64,000 nucleotides of DNA, taken from positions 32,001-96,000 of IMG/VR virus record IMGVR_UViG_3300022562_001814. The stretch is one strand, 5' to 3'. Origin of the DNA: a virus. Made by a program: the position numbers and the translations under genes. Under the pieces are notes generated by a model, which saw only the letters and a list, made by a program, of their open reading frames with translations, was not told where the DNA came from and did not search any database. This document shows positions 30,303 through 38,702 of this stretch, one piece after another; position 1 is the first letter of the stretch; each line of letters begins with the position of its first letter.

Positions 30303-30400
30303 TTATAAATAAATGTAACTAATAACTAATATAGAAGCATTACTTCAAGAAGCCTTAAAAGGCAGCTGGGCAACTGGCAAAAACTTTCATAGGATAAATA

Positions 30401-31417
30401 ATGTCAAATTTACTTTTTAATAACCAAGGCGAATTAAACGCCTCTTCAGTTAAAGATGCTTTAGCAACAATTTCTAAACTTGCTGCTAGTACCTTACAAG
30501 ATAACATACCATCTAATACAGGCTTAACTTCATCGGCTCCATCAGATTCAAAACGTGATGAATTAATTTCACGTGCGATGATGACCCCAGAAGGTAAAGT
30601 TGCTCTTGCACAAGCAATGGCAAATCCAATTCGTCGTAACTTGGATTATCATGGAATTGCACGTAGAGCATTAGTGGTAGATCCTCTTGCTCAAGGCGCG
30701 CTTCCAACATACGATCGTGATATCGATGTCTCAGCCGTTGTAATTTCTTCAAACGGTTCGGGACCAGAATCACGCGTCTTTGGTGAACGTATTACTGTTC
30801 CTGAATTTGAAATTTTCTCAAATCCAACAGTACGTATTGCAGAAGTTAAACGTCGTAGATTCAATGTTATTGACCGTGCAGTTCAAAAAGCTCGCCAAGA
30901 AATTATGGCTCAAGAAGACGCTAACGTATTTGCGGCTCTTGATGCAGCGGCTGCTGTTGATAACGTTCTCCAAGATATCGCTGATGCCGGTCTCTTGAAA
31001 CGCGATCTTGTTAACTTGAAACAACAAGTTGACCAATGGGACTTAGTTACAACCAAGTTCTTTATGAACATTTCTGAATTCACTGATATTTTGAAGTGGG
31101 GTTCAGGTGGTGGACAAGGTACCAACGGTGGTGAAGTTGATCCAGTTACACAACGCGAAATTCTCTTAACCGGTCTTTATGCCCGCGTTTGGGGTGCGGA
31201 TATTCTCGTTAGCAAAATCGTTCCACCAGGGACCGTTTATGCTGCTGCTGATCCAGAATTCGTCGGTGTTATGCCAGTTCGTCAAGACATCGAAGTTCTT
31301 CCAGCCGATGAACCAAAACAATTGAAACTTGGTTGGGTTGTTAATGAAATTATCGGTATTGGTATCGTTAATGCTCGTGGCGTTGCGGCCGGGCGGAAAT
31401 CAGTCGGCCCCGCGTAA
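30401..31417 (+). CDS. Major capsid protein (HK97 fold)
   Basis: LAQAMANPIRRNLDYHGIARR, VPEFEIFSNP, RRFNVIDRAVQKARQEIMAQED and GWVVNEIIGIGIVN. Highly expressed codon style and its own terminator. Confidence 0.88.
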   Translation: MSNLLFNNQGELNASSVKDALATISKLAASTLQDNIPSNTGLTSSAPSDSKRDELISRAMMTPEGKVALAQAMANPIRRNLDYHGIARRALVVDPLAQGALPTYDRDIDVSAVVISSNGSGPESRVFGERITVPEFEIFSNPTVRIAEVKRRRFNVIDRAVQKARQEIMAQEDANVFAALDAAAAVDNVLQDIADAGLLKRDLVNLKQQVDQWDLVTTKFFMNISEFTDILKWGSGGGQGTNGGEVDPVTQREILLTGLYARVWGADILVSKIVPPGTVYAAADPEFVGVMPVRQDIEVLPADEPKQLKLGWVVNEIIGIGIVNARGVAAGRKSVGPA

Positions 31418-31453
31418 TGATTAATTAATTCAATCTTCGTATTGAGTTGATAT

Positions 31454-31487
31454 AAAGTAGAGGCGGCATTAGCCGCCTTTGCTTTTT
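31454..31487 (+). terminator. Rho-independent terminator after the MCP gene
   Basis: AAAGTAGAGGCGGC-ATTA-GCCGCCTTTGCTTTTT. Confidence 0.88.
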
Positions 31488-31511
31488 GTATAAGCTGGTC
31501 GTTATATAATA

Positions 31512-31904
31512 GTGGTAGATAGAAAATCCAAAGTTTTAACTTTTCCAGAATTTTTACCTAAAGAATTATATAAACATTTTATACGTGGCATGATAGATGG
31601 GGATGGTTGGATTTATATTCCAACTAATAATAGGTATTGTCCTAATGTAGGATTACTTGCGACTAGAAATATTAATGATAAATTACAAGAGATTTTTAAT
31701 CAATTAGGGCTGATCTCATATCTCTGTAAAGCATATAAACAAGATATTAATGAAATGTGCGAGATACGTATTAAAAATTATAAACAGTCAAAAGTTCTGC
31801 TTGACTGACTCTATCAAGATTCTACCATTCATTTAAATCGAAAATATAAACTTTATCAAATCTTGAATGATAAATATAATAATTTGAGAGAACAAAATAA
31901 ATAA
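31512..31904 (+). pseudogene. Degenerate LAGLIDADG homing endonuclease
   Basis: FIRGMIDGDG motif, with the first LAGLIDADG half missing. An in-frame TGA lies in LD*LYQDSTIHLNRKY, and homology to the C-terminus of 50760-51704 continues past the stop. Confidence 0.8.
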
Positions 31905-31924
31905 TAATTGTTATATAATTTATT

Positions 31925-32140
31925 ATGAAGTCTCGTAATTATTTTGATAAACATTTTACTACCCAACGCCGTTCGGAAGGCACTTATTATGATAATGATA
32001 CTAATCGTAAAAGTGTGAGACGTAGAGGTAAAGAACTTATTAATGCACAGCTTAATGAGTTTGATGAATTGGTAGAAACGGAATTATTAGAAGATTTGGA
32101 ATTTGATTTTCAGGATGAAGAACAGGAAAGTGATGAATGA
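31925..32140 (+). CDS. Hypothetical protein
   Basis: 71 aa ORF filling a gap. Confidence 0.55.
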   Translation: MKSRNYFDKHFTTQRRSEGTYYDNDTNRKSVRRRGKELINAQLNEFDELVETELLEDLEFDFQDEEQESDE

Positions 32141-32161
32141 TAAATAATATCACATCAATTT

Positions 32162-32710
32162 ATGAGTATTACCATTGATAGTGATTTACCTCATAATATT
32201 ATTAATAAAACGGAACCTTGCTTATGTTCACAAATGGCTGAAGGGTGGACTGATTATTATCAGGGTAAACGAACTCCAGAAATTGAAAAAAATCTAAAAT
32301 TAGAAGCTAATCCTAATTGTCCTTTTTGTAAAGGAGAAGGTATTGAAGTAGTAGGATATGAAGACACGCCTTCATTGCAATTATCTAATAGAAACGCTAA
32401 TGCTCTATTTAAAATATTAGGAATTAATCTTTTTGGTAAAGAGGGAATGGTTGGTGAAATGACAATTCCAGAAGCTCGTAGAGCTATTATGCGTTCTCAA
32501 TCAAGAAAGAATGTTTCTCAGTTTGTTTTACCGGAAAAAAATCTTTATGGTAAACCTAGAGAAATATCTCCCGGTGTTATTGATTTAAAACCGTTAAGAT
32601 TTTTTGAACCAGCTTTAACAGAAGAGCAATTAAAAGATTATATAAAAAGATTTGCCGAATTTGTTATTAAAGTAAGTCGTCTCGGTGCCACCAAAATTAT
32701 GTGGCATTAA
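32162..32710 (+). CDS. Hypothetical protein with CxC...CPFCKGEG zinc-finger-like motif
   Basis: 182 aa ORF. Confidence 0.7.
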   Translation: MSITIDSDLPHNIINKTEPCLCSQMAEGWTDYYQGKRTPEIEKNLKLEANPNCPFCKGEGIEVVGYEDTPSLQLSNRNANALFKILGINLFGKEGMVGEMTIPEARRAIMRSQSRKNVSQFVLPEKNLYGKPREISPGVIDLKPLRFFEPALTEEQLKDYIKRFAEFVIKVSRLGATKIMWH

Positions 32711-32889
32711 CTATTTGTATCACAATGTCTGATAAATGCGATGAGGATTTACAATTAATAAATATTAAAAAATATTTATCTAGTTGTTTAACTAAAAGAC
32801 ATATACCGTCTTATATAGAAATATCGCATAGATATTCTGATGATGTAGAATATTTGTTAAGTATAATTGATCGATTAAAAAATAAATAA
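32701..32889 (+). CDS. Hypothetical protein
   Basis: 62 aa ORF overlapping the upstream stop. Confidence 0.45.
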   Translation: MALTICITMSDKCDEDLQLINIKKYLSSCLTKRHIPSYIEISHRYSDDVEYLLSIIDRLKNK

Positions 32890-32908
32890 TTTCATTTTAT
32901 GTATTATA

Positions 32909-33712
32909 TTATTTTAATCTATTAATTATCAATTTATAATTGATTGGATCAAGTTCAATTAAAATAAATTTTCTACCTAATTTTCTAGCCGCTAAACCGG
33001 TGCTTCCGCTCCCGGCAAATGGATCCATTACGGTATCTCCTTTGCGTGTATGTGTTTCAATCATAATTTCAGCTAATTTTTCAGGTTTTTGGGCAATATG
33101 TACTTTACCAGAAAATAATTCATTAATATCAGTCCAAACATTTGTACGTCTTAGATATTTGCTTTTTGCCGGATAATCTTTATTAAACCCCATATATCCT
33201 CTTTCTTGATCTAAAAGTGGAATATTGAATATTTTGGGTTTATCTCCATTTATTAACCACGCACATTCTTCTCTTGTAAAGAGATAATCGTCTTTTTTTC
33301 CGTATGCTCTACGTTTTTTCCAGGTGATTAAATTTCGAAGTATCATGCCAGTTTCATCTTCAACTTTAGATAACCAGTCGAAAAAGATACGATTATGTGG
33401 TTTTCCTATACCGCCCCACATATATAAGCTAGCGCCTTTGGATAAATATTTTAGACATTCTTTGGTCCATTCCATATAATCATTTGTTGTAATACCTTTA
33501 TCCCAGGCATTAGTAACAATTTCTCCATACGGAGGATCTGCTATTATAAGGGGTAATCGGTTCTTATATTCTTTTAATAAGGCTTCAACTTCTAGACTTC
33601 CAAAAGCTCCATTAATAACTATGCCATCCGGAAATACAGTATGTTTAATGCGTGGTTTAGCAGTTTTTTCTAAAAATCTATCTAAATATTTATTTAAAAA
33701 CACATTAAACAT
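32909..33712 (-). CDS. DNA amino-methyltransferase (N6-A/N4-C, beta class)
   Basis: Catalytic DPPY precedes H.AQKP and the SAM-binding DPFAGSGST. Confidence 0.93.
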   Translation of the reverse strand: MFNVFLNKYLDRFLEKTAKPRIKHTVFPDGIVINGAFGSLEVEALLKEYKNRLPLIIADPPYGEIVTNAWDKGITTNDYMEWTKECLKYLSKGASLYMWGGIGKPHNRIFFDWLSKVEDETGMILRNLITWKKRRAYGKKDDYLFTREECAWLINGDKPKIFNIPLLDQERGYMGFNKDYPAKSKYLRRTNVWTDINELFSGKVHIAQKPEKLAEIMIETHTRKGDTVMDPFAGSGSTGLAARKLGRKFILIELDPINYKLIINRLK

Positions 33713-33751
33713 AATATATATTAATGCGTTTTAATGGTAATTAATTATTTG

Positions 33752-34342
33752 TTAATATTTGACATTATAGCTTTTTCTATGAAATTCAGATAATCCATAT
33801 TTTTTAACAGCTTCTTTATGATCTTTTACAATATACCCAACATTCTCATTCCAATTATATTCTGGATATAAATTATGTAATTCATTCATCATTAATTTGT
33901 CTCTAAATTGTTTAGCTATAATCGATGCTGCCATTACAGTTGGAAATTTATTATCAGCTTTAATTTCTGATCTAATTTTAATGTGTGGATTTAATCCGTA
34001 TTTAATAAGATATTGGGGATTAATATTTCCATCTAAAATAATTTCTTCATCATTAGAATATAAATTATTAATTACTTGCACAAAACATTTTTTATGACAA
34101 GCCCCCAATCCTAAAGTATCAATTTCTTTATTGGAAGCCATGGCAATATCAAAGGTGATAATTTTTTGTTCGACTAATTTGTGTAATTGAGAATTTACTA
34201 TCTCTCTTTGTTTAAAAGTTAATTTTTTTGAATCTTTTAAATCTGACATAGTCCAATTTATAGGGGCTCGGACCGCGCCAATTAAAATTGGTCCAGCCCA
34301 CGAGCCGTACCCCACTTCATCTATTCCTATGATATATTGCAT
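33752..34342 (-). CDS. rnhB: Ribonuclease HII
   Basis: GIDEVGYGSWAGP, LKDSKKL, ILDG, KAD...VMAASIIAK..RD and HRKSY. Confidence 0.93.
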   Translation of the reverse strand: MQYIIGIDEVGYGSWAGPILIGAVRAPINWTMSDLKDSKKLTFKQREIVNSQLHKLVEQKIITFDIAMASNKEIDTLGLGACHKKCFVQVINNLYSNDEEIILDGNINPQYLIKYGLNPHIKIRSEIKADNKFPTVMAASIIAKQFRDKLMMNELHNLYPEYNWNENVGYIVKDHKEAVKKYGLSEFHRKSYNVKY

Positions 34343-34385
34343 ATTTTGCTACGCTTTTAATGGCATTAGTATAAGGATTGTGTTC

Positions 34386-35099
34386 ATGATGTCAGAATTT
34401 TCGGATATTTATCAAATTCTGTGTGATTTTAAAAAAAATCATAAAGATCGAATTAAATGTTCTCAATTTCGAAAAAAATATATACAACCAGTATTGGTCA
34501 AACAAGCATTTGATACAAGACGTATAAATCAAAATACTGATTTTAATCCTCGTAGAAATTTACAATATTATCAACGTAGCGAACCTTTTATAAGTGCAAA
34601 AACTGCCGAAAAAATTGAAGATTTTTTCAAAATCAAAATGGCTGCCGATGAAATAAGAGATAAATATATTGGTGAGCCCGATTGGTTAGATTCTTATACA
34701 CGTATTTTGTGTAATGCCGTAGATCAAACATTAAGGATAGAACAAAAAGATTTTGATTATTCAGATACTCAATTAGAATATTTGTCAGAATTATTATATG
34801 TAAGATATCGTTTAAGGCCAGAAGATATTAAAAGCGCATCAAAAGAACATTTAAAAGATATTTTTCTAAATAAAGATGAACGTCTTTTGCGTCGCTCTAT
34901 TTTTGTTAATTATCAAAAAGATATGCACAAAACCAGCGAAGTTCCGGCATCTTCTAATCAAGATGCATTAATTAATAAGTTATTTGATAATGTTAAAGCT
35001 AGTAAAGAAAATAAGGAGGTAGAACGTTCTGTAACTATAACAATCAAAGATAAAATAGTTGATGATATAGTTAAAAATGCTAATCCTGTAAAGGAATAA
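34386..35099 (+). CDS. Putative internal head protein
   Basis: Likely start at ATG 34386 after AAGGA. Contains LVKQAF, IKMAA and MHKTS motifs. Confidence 0.7.
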   Translation: MMSEFSDIYQILCDFKKNHKDRIKCSQFRKKYIQPVLVKQAFDTRRINQNTDFNPRRNLQYYQRSEPFISAKTAEKIEDFFKIKMAADEIRDKYIGEPDWLDSYTRILCNAVDQTLRIEQKDFDYSDTQLEYLSELLYVRYRLRPEDIKSASKEHLKDIFLNKDERLLRRSIFVNYQKDMHKTSEVPASSNQDALINKLFDNVKASKENKEVERSVTITIKDKIVDDIVKNANPVKE

Positions 35100-35100
35100 G

Positions 35101-35715
35101 ATGACCAATCAATTTGCAACCCAATATCCTTTTAATTATCCTATTAATGGTTGTTTTATTGTCCAAAATATAATTACAGATAGTAATAAAACTATAAGAA
35201 TTTTTGATTATCCTATTCCAGTTGGTACTAGTCGAGATTTATTAAGAATACCCGGGGTATCGGAATCTAGTATTAGAGCTTCTCTTCTTAAAGGTACGTT
35301 ACGTAATAAATTAATAGCAAAAGAAATAAAAGTAATTTGTAGCGATATAGACTTATTACAATTTAATAATACTCAAAAACAATTCTTACTTAATGGCGGT
35401 ATAGTGAATGGTTTAGAAGTGCCTGGTGGTATCACAGATATTAATTATGTGTTTAAAGATGAAATACCACTAATTGGTGTTAAAGATGGAATCAATAGAG
35501 TATTTACTACTCCAGATAAATTTTTAAATGGAATTTATTTTGGTAATAATTTTCATATACATATAAAACATAATGGTAGGGATATATATGAAGGTATTGA
35601 TTATACTATTAGCGAATCCGGTGGCGTTGGTACTGGATTCGATACGATTAATATATTCTCATTTACTCCAAAACCACGAAGCTTATTGTTTGCAAGTTAT
35701 GTTATCATTAATTAA
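35101..35715 (+). CDS. Virion structural protein
   Basis: C-terminal EIPLIGVKDGINRVFT...NG....G.DYT module typical of beta-sandwich virion domains. Confidence 0.65.
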   Translation: MTNQFATQYPFNYPINGCFIVQNIITDSNKTIRIFDYPIPVGTSRDLLRIPGVSESSIRASLLKGTLRNKLIAKEIKVICSDIDLLQFNNTQKQFLLNGGIVNGLEVPGGITDINYVFKDEIPLIGVKDGINRVFTTPDKFLNGIYFGNNFHIHIKHNGRDIYEGIDYTISESGGVGTGFDTINIFSFTPKPRSLLFASYVIIN

Positions 35716-35784
35716 TAATTAATAATTTATATTAATAATTAAATATTATTGTGTAACTAATCGTCGATTATAGGATATAAATAA

Positions 35785-37290
35785 ATGGTATTTACTCGTT
35801 TGAATGCTTTAGATCAGGCATTAGATATAGCTGGTTCGTTATTGCAATCAGATACAAAAACATTATCTAATGAACCAGACGGGTATGGGGCTGTAGTAAC
35901 AGGGCAAACAGGAACAACTGCTGGCATTACTACTGTGGTTTCCGGTATAGCTACAATAACCGGTTTAACTGGTATGACTGCAGAATCGGTTGGTCGATTT
36001 TTAACACTTGTTGGGGCTGCCTCTGCTGGAAATAATGGTACCTTTTTAATTGTTACTTTTAATTCGGCAACCTCGGTTGATGTTTCAAATATTAATGCGG
36101 TTGCATCAGATGCTAATAACGGCTCTATTACTTGGTCAGAAAGATCTCCATATTCTTTAGAAGATGATATTAATTTTATTCGTACTGATCGTAGGTTAAT
36201 TAAAGGAACTACAAATTTTTATGATGATGTTCCAACTTATCAACGCCCAACTGCAATTGGTACCGATGTTCCAGCCAATTTAACCAATATTTCAGGTAGT
36301 ACGCTTGATGCTCACGCATGGATTGTTAATAGGGTTTATAGAGTCGATTCTGTTGCCCCAGGTGATGGTTATTCTACTATTACTGGCGCTTCACAATTTC
36401 AATATGCTGATTCTGTAGATAGAACTGGCGTTCCAATTTGGGATGGTTTTGATGCTGGCAATTGGGAAGCCACTTATGTTGAAATTATTGACCCAGTCAC
36501 TTTAAATTCCTTAGTTGCTCAGGGCGGTATTGCCGATGGTTATAGAATTTTTGGACGTACCAGAGCTGGCACTACCGGCGTAGAACCAAATAGCGTTGAA
36601 GTTGAATTTAGAGCAGTTCCATTTGGAGCCGATATTTCAACGTCTATTGCTTATACTTGGGACGGTTATCAACCAACAACTGTAGATTATTATTACGCTT
36701 ATCGTGAGAGAGCGGATCAATTAACTGAAACTGCATTTAGAACAACATTAGTTAATGGTTTATTTGCCGATTCTCAAGGAACGGCTAATATTAATAATAT
36801 ATTACAAGTTCTTGGTGTAACTGCAGGTGATAATTATCTTACTGGTTTAACTAATTTAACTAATTATTATGTGTTTAGTGATTTGCCAGACGCTACTCCA
36901 TCAGTAACAGAAGCTTTTAATACTATAAATGAACAAATTGGTGATAGGATATTTACTGGTAATGTTATTGGTGATAATGATGGTTATACTATTACTGCTA
37001 TTTTACAAAATTTAGCAGATGCTATTTCTCAAGCCAATTTTATAAGAGTAATTGAAAGATTAGTTGCCGATATTAATGCCGGAGTAGCTCATACTATTCC
37101 TGGTGGTAATACTTATACAATAGATCCAACTAATAATGGACAAAATTTAGTAGTTTATACTAGAGGAATCTTAAGAGATCCCGGGCCGGTTGTTGATTAT
37201 AATGATTATGAGGAAACTAGTACCACATCCATCACTTTTTATGCTAAACAAAAAGCAGGAGATCATATCAACTATTTTATTTATTCTTAA
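35785..37290 (+). CDS. Virion structural protein (fiber/collar-like), 5 DGY motifs
   Basis: Thr/Gly-rich 501 aa protein with strong RBS and a C-terminal L.VY..G.L..PG..DYEE module. Confidence 0.7.
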   Translation: MVFTRLNALDQALDIAGSLLQSDTKTLSNEPDGYGAVVTGQTGTTAGITTVVSGIATITGLTGMTAESVGRFLTLVGAASAGNNGTFLIVTFNSATSVDVSNINAVASDANNGSITWSERSPYSLEDDINFIRTDRRLIKGTTNFYDDVPTYQRPTAIGTDVPANLTNISGSTLDAHAWIVNRVYRVDSVAPGDGYSTITGASQFQYADSVDRTGVPIWDGFDAGNWEATYVEIIDPVTLNSLVAQGGIADGYRIFGRTRAGTTGVEPNSVEVEFRAVPFGADISTSIAYTWDGYQPTTVDYYYAYRERADQLTETAFRTTLVNGLFADSQGTANINNILQVLGVTAGDNYLTGLTNLTNYYVFSDLPDATPSVTEAFNTINEQIGDRIFTGNVIGDNDGYTITAILQNLADAISQANFIRVIERLVADINAGVAHTIPGGNTYTIDPTNNGQNLVVYTRGILRDPGPVVDYNDYEETSTTSITFYAKQKAGDHINYFIYS

Positions 37291-37310
37291 TTAAATCATA
37301 TATAAAATAG

Positions 37311-37520
37311 ATGATTAGAAAGCCTGATTTAAAAATAACCCAAATAGAAGAACCGCTCGGAAGATGGTGTTCTTCTGGGCATTGTCCGCCCAAAACTTTT
37401 ACTGTGGACGATGCAGAAAATCCTATGCGGTTTTTCAGCGTTGAAGGTTGTGGAATTTCTGGTGTATTTTGTGAATTATGTTTGAAAATAGCTAATAAAT
37501 TTAGTAAAAAAAAGAGGTAA
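37311..37520 (+). CDS. Small Cys-rich hypothetical protein
   Basis: 69 aa with C..HC...CELC. Confidence 0.6.
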   Translation: MIRKPDLKITQIEEPLGRWCSSGHCPPKTFTVDDAENPMRFFSVEGCGISGVFCELCLKIANKFSKKKR

Positions 37521-37523
37521 GTA

Positions 37524-37919
37524 ATGGCTTATGCGGAAGATTTAATTAAATTAAGAAAAAGAATGTTGGACGCATTAACGTATAATGTGATTGATTCTAA
37601 ATCAAAAGATTTGTATGAAGCTACATTAATTCAAATTATGAATGAATCGGAAAAGCAAAGACAAACGTGTGTTGGTCGGGCCGAAGAATTAAGAAGACAG
37701 GCAGGAATTTCTGATGGTCAAGCCAATGCTTTTTCTCAAATGAGTAGTATTATTTATAATGTTTTGAATGGTTATATTATGGCTGCCGAACGGCAGAAAA
37801 AAGAAGAAGAAATTCACGCCACCGAAATGGCCGAAAAAGAAGCTTTGGTGCAAAAAACATTAGTAAAATCAATGTCAGAATCTGAAGAAGAAGTTAAAAA
37901 ACGTAGAAAAAGACAATAA
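37524..37919 (+). CDS. Hypothetical coiled-coil protein
   Basis: 131 aa with GAGGT RBS. Confidence 0.7.
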   Translation: MAYAEDLIKLRKRMLDALTYNVIDSKSKDLYEATLIQIMNESEKQRQTCVGRAEELRRQAGISDGQANAFSQMSSIIYNVLNGYIMAAERQKKEEEIHATEMAEKEALVQKTLVKSMSESEEEVKKRRKRQ

Positions 37920-37961
37920 TAATTTATTTTGTGGCATTCGATATTTTAGTATTGTAGTGGT

Positions 37962-38702
37962 ATGTCTATTCGTAAGGAAGATTTAGTAGATTCAGATATT
38001 ATTGATGCTTATGAACTTATTTCTGATGGCTACAATGTTTATTATTCTGCTATCGGGCAAATTGTAGGTACCACCTCTTCTACAAAAAATATAGAAATTA
38101 CTGGATTTAGAACTTTTGACATAGATCATCCTATAGAATCTGGCGATCGTGTTAGATTATTAAATACATCTGCTGGTGCAGCAGATGGTTATTATATTGT
38201 TAATTTAATTGTTGACGATTATAATTTTACAGTTGTTGAAAATATTAATGATTCTACTGGTGGTGATGGGTATTTTATGTTTATTCCAGGCGCCCAAAAA
38301 GTAGGGTTTGATCCTACAGGATTAAATATTACTACTTCTACAAATTTACAAAATGCTATTATAGATATTGCCAATAATTCATTTAGTTCAGGGCAACATA
38401 AATCATTAAGACAATTAATTCATTTTATAGATAATGGTCCAGCAGAAGGTTTTATAAGTGGAGCTTACAGAGAAATTTTACCAACTGAAAGTCCTTTTCC
38501 AACTTCCGTTATTTGGTGGGAATCTTCCGCCAAGACAGAAAAAATTGTAGAAAAAATATATACATATAATGATAATAAAACTGTTAGTCAGGTGCAATGG
38601 AAAATGTATGATACTGATGGGACGACAGTATTAACTACTGTTACGGACTCAATTATATATTCTGGTATATTTGAGTTAAATAGAAATAGGAGTATTTCTT
38701 AA
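37962..38702 (+). CDS. Virion structural protein, 3 DGY motifs
   Basis: Beta-rich 246 aa protein. Confidence 0.65.
   Translation: MSIRKEDLVDSDIIDAYELISDGYNVYYSAIGQIVGTTSSTKNIEITGFRTFDIDHPIESGDRVRLLNTSAGAADGYYIVNLIVDDYNFTVVENINDSTGGDGYFMFIPGAQKVGFDPTGLNITTSTNLQNAIIDIANNSFSSGQHKSLRQLIHFIDNGPAEGFISGAYREILPTESPFPTSVIWWESSAKTEKIVEKIYTYNDNKTVSQVQWKMYDTDGTTVLTTVTDSIIYSGIFELNRNRSIS

Noticed and set aside
31806-31808. In-frame TGA at a probable Trp position, suggesting stop-codon reassignment
   Set aside because: It is a single case in an already truncated endonuclease. Other genes use TGG for Trp and are intact under the standard code.
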